Part shown: piece after piece, positions 16,562 through 24,386 of the stretch
Layout of the letters: each line of letters begins with the position of its first letter
Position numbering within the stretch: the stretch's first letter is position 1
Source of the DNA: Candidatus Heimdallarchaeota archaeon
Lineage (GTDB): Archaea > Asgardarchaeota > Heimdallarchaeia > Heimdallarchaeales > Heimdallarchaeaceae
Reading direction: 5' to 3'
Length of the DNA: 32,000 nt
Assembly (NCBI GenBank): GCA_030668875.1
Contig: DAOVER010000028.1
Coordinates: forward strand, 1 to 32,000
The notes under the pieces: generated by a model
The model's input: the letters and a program-made list of their open reading frames with translations, nothing else
The model's database searches: none
What the model was told of the DNA's origin: nothing
Program-made: the position numbers and the translations under genes

Positions 16562-17809
16562 ATGGCTAAAGTTCCTAGGGTAGAATGTATAGAAGTAAAG
16601 TATCAGCCTAGTTTAAGCAAGCTTTGTCATCAAGTAAAAAATCTCTATAATCGAGCGAATTTTCTGATAAAAACCTCCTTGAACAAAAAGAACAAACTCC
16701 TATTCTACAATGATCTCAACAAACTACTCAACCATGAAGAGTGTTATCGTGTTCTCCCTGCGCACACTGCCCAACATACCCTCAAACTCCTTTGTCGAAA
16801 CTGGAAGGGGTATTTCCGAGCAATGAAGGAGTGGAAAGTCAACCCTGGAGCTTTTTTCGCTATGCCCCGTCCACCTAATTACAAAAAAAAGGATGGGGAA
16901 GTGGTAGCTATTTTCACTAACCAACAAGCAAGGATTGTTAATGGATGGTTGGTTTTACCTAAAAAAGTGGGATACTGTTACAAAACACGATTGACCTCTC
17001 ACACTGATTTACGAGAGGTGAGAATCATTCCAAGAAGAGTGGGGTATACCCTAGAATTAGTCTATCAGAAAAGCTTACCTAAACTCCGTAAAAAGTTGAT
17101 ACGGAAAGGCGGAGTTGATTTAGGGATGATCAACCTTACTACCTTTGTGGATAACCTCGGGGGTCAACCGATTGTTATCAAGGATGCAGGGAAAGGAATA
17201 AAATCCATAACCCAATATTATCTAAAAAAGCAGAAACAGTTACAAATTCAATATGCTCAACAGCAAAGACAACAACTACAAGGAAAAAATAAACACAGCT
17301 ATGGTCATGCTTACTATAATCTCCGAGAAAAGTGGAGGAAAAAACTAAAAGATGCTATACACAAACTCACCTGTTATTTGGTCGATTTGTGGGTGGAAAG
17401 AGGTCTCCACGAGGTCATCATCGGCTACAATGAGAAGTGGAAACAAGGAGTGCAATTCTGGAAGAAGATCACTCAGATGTTCGTTACCATTCCCTTTCTA
17501 CGTATCATCAACATCTTGAAGTATAAGGGGGCAGAACGAGGGATAAAGGTAGAGATGATCCCCGAAAAATATACTTCAAAGTGTAGTTTCCTTGACAATG
17601 AATTCCCAAAAGCTAGGAAAAAATACGCTGGTCGTAGAGTTACTCGGGGGTTGTTTCGTTCCGCTCACGGCTACTTAATCAATGCTGATGTCAATGCTGC
17701 ATACAACATTTTACTCAAAAGCGATCCGAAAGCCTTGCAAAGACGCAGGGTGAACGGGGTAGGAGGATACGTGATGTATCCACTCAGAGTGAGTATAGAA
17801 CATCTATGA
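16562..17809 (+). CDS. tnpB: TnpB RNA-guided endonuclease family protein (rearranged RuvC-II, no CxxC zinc finger)
   Basis: KNLYNRANF, PRPPNYKKK, VRIIP; RuvC-I GVDLG (D186); VIIGYNEKWKQ with Gly at the canonical Glu position; PEKYTSKCSFLD (E335); RuvC-III INADVNAAYNI (D376). Confidence 0.95.
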   Translation: MAKVPRVECIEVKYQPSLSKLCHQVKNLYNRANFLIKTSLNKKNKLLFYNDLNKLLNHEECYRVLPAHTAQHTLKLLCRNWKGYFRAMKEWKVNPGAFFAMPRPPNYKKKDGEVVAIFTNQQARIVNGWLVLPKKVGYCYKTRLTSHTDLREVRIIPRRVGYTLELVYQKSLPKLRKKLIRKGGVDLGMINLTTFVDNLGGQPIVIKDAGKGIKSITQYYLKKQKQLQIQYAQQQRQQLQGKNKHSYGHAYYNLREKWRKKLKDAIHKLTCYLVDLWVERGLHEVIIGYNEKWKQGVQFWKKITQMFVTIPFLRIINILKYKGAERGIKVEMIPEKYTSKCSFLDNEFPKARKKYAGRRVTRGLFRSAHGYLINADVNAAYNILLKSDPKALQRRRVNGVGGYVMYPLRVSIEHL

Positions 17810-17893
17810 TGAGCTATATGTTGAACTCTAAGAAAGACACTCGACTAAAGTTGTCCTTATATGACAACATGACAAAAACTCATCATATTTCAA
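17765..17893 (+). ncRNA. Putative omegaRNA/reRNA scaffold of TnpB (boundaries uncertain)
   Basis: Stems GGATAC/GTATCC (17765-17781), ATAGA/TCTAT (17795-17807) and GTTGTC/GACAAC (17850-17868), plus a perfect 9-bp long-range helix TATGATGAG (17805-17813) / CTCATCATA (17879-17887). The position overlapping the tnpB 3' end matches known omegaRNAs. Confidence 0.5.
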
Positions 17894-18009
17894 GTTAACT
17901 CAAAAGATAGAGGATGTTAGTAAAACTGAATATATAACCAAAAAGATAATAATAAGCGTTACCAAACTGAAACACATAAAACCGAATATGTTCTGGAAAG
18001 CGGAGTAAA

Positions 18010-18810
18010 ATGGGAAACAAAGACAAAGATAATTATGAAGCCTTTAAAATTTCAAATATTAGAAAGGCTGCATCTGAGGTTTATATCAATCTAGAGAAGA
18101 AACATAATGTTCATGCACTAGTTGATTTTGATATTACAGAAACACGTAAAATGATAAAACAACATTTTGAAAAAACTGGAGAGAAATTATCTTTTTCAGC
18201 ATTTATGATTAATTGTGTGGGGAAAGCAGTCTCAGATAATAAAAGAGTACATGCTCTAAGAAAAAATAGAAGAAAATTTATTGTATTCAATGAAGTAGAT
18301 ATTGCTACGATAGTTGAAAGGGAGATAGAGGGTGAATCTTGGCCTATTTTGTATGTTATAAGATCTGTAGATAAAAGATCATTAAGAGAGATACACAATG
18401 AAATCCGTAATGCTCAAGTTGCAAAAGAGATTACAGATGATTTTCAGAAACAGATTGATTTCTACCTAAAATTCCCTCGACCTTTAAGACTATTGTATAG
18501 AAGGAGGATTCAAAATAATCCAAAAGTCCTAAAAAGCTATGTAGGCTCTGTCTTAATTACATCCGTAGGAATAACTGCACTTAATGGGGGATGGGGTATA
18601 CCATATGTGGGACATCCACTAGTAATAACCATTGGTGGGATAGAAAAGAAACCTAAAGTTATCAAAGATAAGATAGAAGTCAGAGAATGTTTAAATGTAA
18701 CTCTAACCTTTGATCATGATAATCTTGATGGGGCACCCGCTGCAAGATTTACAGCAGAGCTTAAGGAATTAATTGAAAATGGTTATGGATTAGCAGGGAT
18801 AGCTAACTAA
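18010..18810 (+). CDS. Stand-alone 2-oxoacid dehydrogenase E2-type acyltransferase catalytic domain
   Basis: VDFDITE, FSAFMINCVGKAV, VDIATIVER, GSVLITSVG, LVITIGGI, LTFDHDNLDGAPAARF (HxxxDG); 266 aa with no lipoyl or E3-binding domain. Confidence 0.88.
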   Translation: MGNKDKDNYEAFKISNIRKAASEVYINLEKKHNVHALVDFDITETRKMIKQHFEKTGEKLSFSAFMINCVGKAVSDNKRVHALRKNRRKFIVFNEVDIATIVEREIEGESWPILYVIRSVDKRSLREIHNEIRNAQVAKEITDDFQKQIDFYLKFPRPLRLLYRRRIQNNPKVLKSYVGSVLITSVGITALNGGWGIPYVGHPLVITIGGIEKKPKVIKDKIEVRECLNVTLTFDHDNLDGAPAARFTAELKELIENGYGLAGIAN

Positions 18811-18850
18811 ACATAAACCTATTAAGATTACAAAATTTCAAATCTATTAG

Positions 18851-19741
18851 TTGGTAGAACATTTGAATATTGATAAACTTGTATTAGCAGATTCTAAAAA
18901 TGTAAATCAATATACTCTAGATGAAATTAGAAATAAAATCATACTTGGTGATGCTCTAGAAGTACTGAAAAAAATCCCAGATGAATCTGTCGATCTTGTT
19001 TTTATAGACCCACCCTATTTTTTACAACTACCAAAAAAGAAACTTGTTCGTTGGAACGTTAAAACAAAAGTAGAAGGTGTGGAAGATGACTGGGATAAAT
19101 TTGAATCTTTTGAAGAATATGATTCATTTATTGAAAATATACTCTCTCAAACAAGTAGAATAATGAAAACGAATGCTACATTATGGATTATTTCAACTTA
19201 TCATAGCATTCATCGTATCGGGACGATAATGCAAAATCTAAGATACTGGTTACTCTCAGAAATTGTGTGGATCAAAAATAACCCCATGCCTAACTGGTTA
19301 GGAGTGAGGTTCACCAACGCAACAGAAACGATTATCTGGGCAGTGAAGGATAAACAATCTAAGAAATATACTTTCAATAAAGAATTGGCAAAAGAATTCG
19401 GAATAGGAAAAGTAGGAGCTAACGTTTGGGTAATTCCTCTCTGTACAGGAAAAGAAAGAATAAAGAAAGAAGATGGAGAAAAACTTCATTCAACCCAAAA
19501 GCCTGTTGAACTACTTAAAAGGATTATATTGACAACGTCAAATGAAGGAGATTTGATACTTGATCCTATGGCAGGTACAGGTACAACTGGGCATGTAGCA
19601 AAGGAACTAAAGCGAGATTTTGTAATGATTGAAAGAGAGAAGAAGTACATTGAAGGTATGAAGGAAAGATTCAAAATTGCTCCAAATATAAAGGATAGAA
19701 AAAAAAGTAGTATAGAAGAGGAAGTTGAAAAAAATTCTTAG
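18851..19741 (+). CDS. Beta-class N6-adenine DNA methyltransferase, CcrM/M.HinfI-like, orphan
   Basis: Motif IV FIDPPYFLQL precedes motif I LDPMAGTGTTG; NPMPNWLGVRFTNATETIIWA and VWVIPLCTGKERIK..GEKLHSTQKP are CcrM/HinfI-type segments. TTG start. Confidence 0.88.
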   Translation: MVEHLNIDKLVLADSKNVNQYTLDEIRNKIILGDALEVLKKIPDESVDLVFIDPPYFLQLPKKKLVRWNVKTKVEGVEDDWDKFESFEEYDSFIENILSQTSRIMKTNATLWIISTYHSIHRIGTIMQNLRYWLLSEIVWIKNNPMPNWLGVRFTNATETIIWAVKDKQSKKYTFNKELAKEFGIGKVGANVWVIPLCTGKERIKKEDGEKLHSTQKPVELLKRIILTTSNEGDLILDPMAGTGTTGHVAKELKRDFVMIEREKKYIEGMKERFKIAPNIKDRKKSSIEEEVEKNS

Positions 19742-19772
19742 TGTAAAGAAAAAGAAAGAGGAAATGTGAGAG

Positions 19773-21806
19773 TTATTTCTTATGTATGTTGAACCAATCA
19801 ATAATTTTTTCTAATCTATCTTGCATATGTTTGGGTTTACCTGACCTGCTCAATTCATGTCCTTCCTCTGGGTAACGGATAAGCTCTGCTTTAATTCCTA
19901 ATTTGAGAAGTGAGGCAAAATACTCTTCTCCTTGAGATATTGGAACCCTAAAGTCATTTTCAGAATGAATAATCCTAGTAGGTGTTTGAACTTTATCGAC
20001 ATAAGCTATCGGGGATAATTTCCACATCTCATCTAGGTCTTCCCATGGAAATGCACCAGTTTCGTCTTTGGTAAATTGCGTGATATCTGTTGTGCTCCAA
20101 AAACTAACAAGATTGTAAACCCCTCTTTGTGGAGCAGCTGCTTTGAATCTTTTATCATTACCAATTATCCAAGTTGTCATATATCCACCATACGAACCTC
20201 CAGTAATAAACAAATTATTTTCGTCAACATATCCCTTTGCGACAGTTTGATCCACTCCCATTAGTAAATCATTTGCAGGTTCTGTTCCCCAATTAGCAAC
20301 AACATAACGGAAATCATAACCCCTACCACTAGACCCTTGGGGATTACAGTAAAATATTACATATCCTTGTGCTGCAAAATACTGGAACTCAAACCACATT
20401 GTTCTTTCATGTGGTGACCAAGTAGCATGTGGTCCTCCATGAATTTCAAGGATTAAAGGATATTTTTTGTTTGAATCAAAATTGGAAGGTTTAATTATCC
20501 ATCCTTGTATCTCTTTTTGCTTGTCACCTGTGTATTTTATTTCTTCAGTAGTTGCTTGAGTTCTTTCTTTTAACCAATCTTTGTTAGATTCCCATATAGT
20601 TTTAGTTACTTTGTAAACGTAATCATATACCTTTAATTTGGAAGGTTCTTTGACATTCGAGACATTTAAAAGAATAAGTCCTTGTTCTGCATCAACGTCA
20701 TAAGAAAGTATTTGATAATCTCCAAGTACCACTTTTTCTAATGTTTCTCTTTCGATGCTATAACGGTAGAGTATATTTCTTTCCCATTCATCCACAACAA
20801 AATATAAGTAGTCTGTTTTTGAATCAAATAAAGCTGAAAAAGCATGGTTATCTATCGATTCTGTAACTAGTTTTTCTAACCCAGTTTCTATATTCAGTAG
20901 TTTTATTTCAGCATTCTGAGTTGATGCTTCATCTGTGGTTAATATTGTATCATATGCTAACCATAACCCATTTGGCGAGATTGATAAACTTGTTCCGAAA
21001 CCAAGAGCAGATTTAAGTTTTTTGACTTTTTTACTTTCAACAGAGATTTCTTCTATCAGAAATTCATATAAATCATTCAACTGTCCATCTTCTTTTTGTT
21101 TAGCAGCATATAATTTTGTACCATCCTTGCTTAGGATTGCTGAAATATAGTTAAATTCACCATCAGTAATTCTGCGAGATTCCCTAGTTTCTAAGTCTAA
21201 AACGTAAAAATGACTGATTTTATCATCCATAAAGGATGTCTCTTGTCGATAAACAATTTTCTGGACAACTCGAGGGTCAACTTTTTTCTTTTCAGCTTCT
21301 TCTTGTTTTAGTTTTTTGACTTTCTGATCAACCTCTGATAATTCTTGAGGTTTCTCTTTTTCTTCATGAGCTTTATCTTCGTCATTTTGTTCTTCAATGC
21401 TAACTCTATGTGAAAAAGTAATTTTTTTACCATCTAGAGACCAATTAAATGAATTTACTCCATTAGGCATCGTGGTGTATTTAATAGATTCTCCACCATT
21501 TATGGGCATTATATATAATTGTGATTTTTCCTTTTTGCCTCCTCTTTTACTAAGGAAAGCTATGGATTCTTTGTTCGGAGAAAGTTTCATAGATTGATCT
21601 TGTGATGAACCACTAGTGAACTGCTTGGGTTTGGCATCTTCATCACCTTGTAGAAAAATAGCTGAATTATGCTTATTTTCTTTGATGTTGAGTTTTTGTT
21701 CTTCAAATAAATATCTTTTTCCTGGAAGGATTTGAACCTTCATTATATTTCTAAGCAAGTATAAATCTTCTATTGAAATGTCCTTTAATTCCATCTTTAT
21801 CATCAC
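19773..21806 (-). CDS. S9 family serine peptidase (acylaminoacyl/dipeptidyl peptidase-like, beta-propeller plus hydrolase)
   Basis: EIHGGPH, CNPQGSSGRG, catalytic Ser GGSYGG, Asp HSENDFRVP, His EEGHELSRSG; propeller repeats (LSPNKESIAF, WSLDGKKI). Confidence 0.95.
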   Translation of the reverse strand: MMIKMELKDISIEDLYLLRNIMKVQILPGKRYLFEEQKLNIKENKHNSAIFLQGDEDAKPKQFTSGSSQDQSMKLSPNKESIAFLSKRGGKKEKSQLYIMPINGGESIKYTTMPNGVNSFNWSLDGKKITFSHRVSIEEQNDEDKAHEEKEKPQELSEVDQKVKKLKQEEAEKKKVDPRVVQKIVYRQETSFMDDKISHFYVLDLETRESRRITDGEFNYISAILSKDGTKLYAAKQKEDGQLNDLYEFLIEEISVESKKVKKLKSALGFGTSLSISPNGLWLAYDTILTTDEASTQNAEIKLLNIETGLEKLVTESIDNHAFSALFDSKTDYLYFVVDEWERNILYRYSIERETLEKVVLGDYQILSYDVDAEQGLILLNVSNVKEPSKLKVYDYVYKVTKTIWESNKDWLKERTQATTEEIKYTGDKQKEIQGWIIKPSNFDSNKKYPLILEIHGGPHATWSPHERTMWFEFQYFAAQGYVIFYCNPQGSSGRGYDFRYVVANWGTEPANDLLMGVDQTVAKGYVDENNLFITGGSYGGYMTTWIIGNDKRFKAAAPQRGVYNLVSFWSTTDITQFTKDETGAFPWEDLDEMWKLSPIAYVDKVQTPTRIIHSENDFRVPISQGEEYFASLLKLGIKAELIRYPEEGHELSRSGKPKHMQDRLEKIIDWFNIHKK

Positions 21807-21945
21807 AATATTATTATTTAAAAATATCAGTTCTCTTTTAATACCTTTTGCAAAAAAAAGATTATAAGTAGAATTTAGCTCATTAATTCAGGAATTTTCG
21901 TGAAAATTTAAATAGGGAAATTATCAATTACATTTACAGTGACTC

Positions 21946-24321
21946 ATGGCCTTCATAGATAAATATCATAAATTTCTTGAGAAATATAAAATCATCGTAA
22001 TAGTCATCTGGTGCATAGTATTAGGATTTAGTGCTTGGTTAGGTCCAAGGTTTTTAGATTCAACATCTTCAAATTTTGATCCTCCAACGGGTTCACCCAG
22101 CCAATTAGCAGAAGAGGTTCTTGAGGCTGAATTTCCTGAATTTACTAATGAAACAAGTGTTGTCATACTAATTAGGATGAAAGATGAAAACGTATCAATT
22201 ATCAACACAGAAGTAGAAGTGTTCTGTCAAAATGTTACGGATATCACAGATGAGTATACTGATCAAACAATAATAATTTCCATTTTAAATTACTATATTT
22301 TTACTGATTTGGGTTTCATTTCAGCAGCAGGAAGTTTTGTCTCAGACTCAGAGAGATCTATGCTATTTATCATAGATTTAAAGCTTGAAGGAGAGAGTAG
22401 TATAATTGATGATTTCATATACTATCTAAGGGATAACCTTGCTTCCATAGAAAAAGAAGATAATGAATTTGATGCATTCCTGACAGGATTTACTGCAATG
22501 TATATGGATATGAAGGAAGTCACTCAAGAAGATCTAGCTTTGATGGACATTATTGTTATTCCGATTGCAATGCTGGTTCTAGCTTTTGTCCTTCGAAGTT
22601 TGAAATTAATGATTTTACCCATTCTCTCAATGGCGATAAGCATTCTAACATCTTACTTGATAATGTACCCCTTAGCACTTACATTGAACATTTTCTCTTT
22701 TGTTCCATCTATTATGATGAGTCTTGTCATTGCTCTATCAATTGATTATTCACTTTTCCTACTTACAAGGTATAGAGAAGAAATCCTAAAAAACAATGAT
22801 AATTCAAAAGCCACAAAACAGATGAGTCAACATGCAGGTCACACAATTATGTTGAGTGGATTAACATTAGCAATAACTTTTCTTGGGTTGGTATTTTTCC
22901 CATTAGAACTTCTTTCAACAATAGGTTTAGGGGCCACAGTTTGCATTATTACAACACTTATAGTTAATCTAACACTCACTCCTTCATTGCTTCTAACCTT
23001 TGGAAAATTCTTTAGTAAATTGAGATGGTATAGAAAGAGCAAAGGAATAAAAGAAGGGGAACTTGAAGATTATAAGAAAAAGGATTTGGTTAATCAAGCG
23101 AAAAGCATCTGGTATAGAATAAGTAAATTCTCGACTAAATATGCTCTAGTCGTTATCTTAGTCATAGTAATATTAACAATTCCCATTTCAATTCAAGTTT
23201 TCAAGTTTCAAAGATCAATCGATTTCAATCAGATTCTTCCTAGAGGTGTTGATTCTCGTGAAGCATATATAGCTATGCAGGAGGATTTTGCCCCTGGACA
23301 AATTATTCCTTTCTATATAATCATTGAAACAAATGAAACAAATGGGCTAAACACTTCTTCATTCTTCTATACAGCTAAAGACTTGATACATGATATTGCT
23401 AATGAAACGGCAGTATTCAATGAAAGTTTCGTATCAATAGTCAGGATAAATGACATGGAGCTTCCATACTTCAGTAGTATACAAATGTTGCTTGATCCTT
23501 CAAATACAGGTGAATTTGGTATGATTTACAGAGCCATCTATAGTAAATATACAAATGAAGAAAATTCAACAACAATCATGGAAATCCAAACTCCATTTGA
23601 TCCTTGGGGAGATGATGCAGAGAGTTGGATAAAACAAACAAGACTTATTTTAGAACGATACGAGGAACAAACCGGATATAAGCTATATCTAGCCGGAGGA
23701 TCAACGGTAATGGTTGACGCAATAGATAAGGTTTATGAGTTGTTTCCACTAATGATTTCTATTACAATAATTGTTGTCTATATCCTGATTGGGTTAATGT
23801 TCAAGTCAGCTTTCATACCTTTGAGATTGATATTCACAATCGGTATCACTTTATCCTTCATTTATGGATTAGGAGTATTGGTTTTCGAAACATCTTTCCT
23901 AAATAGCGTAATTTCTCCCCTGCAAGATATCAATGCTTTCTATTGGTTAGTACCTATCATGGCATTTTCAATTCTTATTGGGCTTGGTCTTGATTATGAC
24001 ATTTTCTTACTTTCTAGAATATCAGAATATAGAGATAAAGGATACTCAGATAAAGCAGCAATTCACAAGGGAATGTACAAAACGGGAAATATCATATCAT
24101 TCGCCGGCATAATAATGGCCATTGCATTTTCGGGTCTTCTTCTATCAAAGGAGATGGTTCTTAATCAATTTGGATTTATGCTATGTATTGCAGTTTTAGT
24201 TGACACCTTTATAGTGAGAACTATACTAGTACCTGCAATTATGTCAATTGCTGAAAAATGGAATTGGTGGCCAACTAAGAAACCTGAACCTACAAAAAAT
24301 GAAAATGATGTGGAGATATGA
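21946..24321 (+). CDS. MMPL/RND family transporter
   Basis: Two repeats of TM + ectodomain + 5 TM; ALSIDYSLFLLTRYREE and GLGLDYDIFLLSRISE signature motifs; RTILVPAIM. Confidence 0.93.
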   Translation: MAFIDKYHKFLEKYKIIVIVIWCIVLGFSAWLGPRFLDSTSSNFDPPTGSPSQLAEEVLEAEFPEFTNETSVVILIRMKDENVSIINTEVEVFCQNVTDITDEYTDQTIIISILNYYIFTDLGFISAAGSFVSDSERSMLFIIDLKLEGESSIIDDFIYYLRDNLASIEKEDNEFDAFLTGFTAMYMDMKEVTQEDLALMDIIVIPIAMLVLAFVLRSLKLMILPILSMAISILTSYLIMYPLALTLNIFSFVPSIMMSLVIALSIDYSLFLLTRYREEILKNNDNSKATKQMSQHAGHTIMLSGLTLAITFLGLVFFPLELLSTIGLGATVCIITTLIVNLTLTPSLLLTFGKFFSKLRWYRKSKGIKEGELEDYKKKDLVNQAKSIWYRISKFSTKYALVVILVIVILTIPISIQVFKFQRSIDFNQILPRGVDSREAYIAMQEDFAPGQIIPFYIIIETNETNGLNTSSFFYTAKDLIHDIANETAVFNESFVSIVRINDMELPYFSSIQMLLDPSNTGEFGMIYRAIYSKYTNEENSTTIMEIQTPFDPWGDDAESWIKQTRLILERYEEQTGYKLYLAGGSTVMVDAIDKVYELFPLMISITIIVVYILIGLMFKSAFIPLRLIFTIGITLSFIYGLGVLVFETSFLNSVISPLQDINAFYWLVPIMAFSILIGLGLDYDIFLLSRISEYRDKGYSDKAAIHKGMYKTGNIISFAGIIMAIAFSGLLLSKEMVLNQFGFMLCIAVLVDTFIVRTILVPAIMSIAEKWNWWPTKKPEPTKNENDVEI

Positions 24322-24386
24322 TTTGAAGATTAATACATAGAGAAAAAACTAAGTTTATTAACAAGTTTAGGCATTTCTAAGTTTGC

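Larger units (their letters stand above)
16459..17878. repeat. 19-bp inverted repeat pair (18/19 match) flanking tnpB
   Basis: Left TTTTTGTCTTGTTGTCATA (16459-16477); right TATGACAACATGACAAAAA (17860-17878), whose reverse complement is TTTTTGTCATGTTGTCATA. Confidence 0.85.
16459..17893 (+). mobile_element. Non-autonomous TnpB-only element (IS1341-like; IS200/IS605 or IS607 lineage), ends approximate
   Basis: Single tnpB with no tnpA in the vicinity; GC locally up to about 50% (30/60 at 16741-16800) versus AT-rich flanks; 19-bp inverted repeats at 16459-16477 and 17860-17878; structured 3' region ending TTCAA at 17893. Confidence 0.7.

Noticed and set aside
16562-17809. TnpB as a catalytically dead TldR-like regulator because the RuvC-II Glu is missing
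   Set aside because: An alternative Glu (E335) sits at the position known for rearranged active sites, and both Asp residues are intact.
16450-17890. Target-site duplication around the inverted repeats
   Set aside because: The flanks (…GTTATAATAAA and CTCATCATATT…) share no direct repeat at either boundary tested (16459/17878 or 16463/17874).
17865-18008. Stop-free reading frame between the element end and the acyltransferase (…EDVSKTEYITKKIIISVTKLKHIKPNMFWKAE*)
   Set aside because: No plausible start near its 5' end, under 50 codons and no homology signal; more likely promoter DNA.
18010-19741. Restriction-modification system, or cargo of the TnpB element
   Set aside because: No endonuclease-like ORF flanks the MTase. 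Both genes lie outside the inverted repeat and putative right end and have host-like AT-rich composition.
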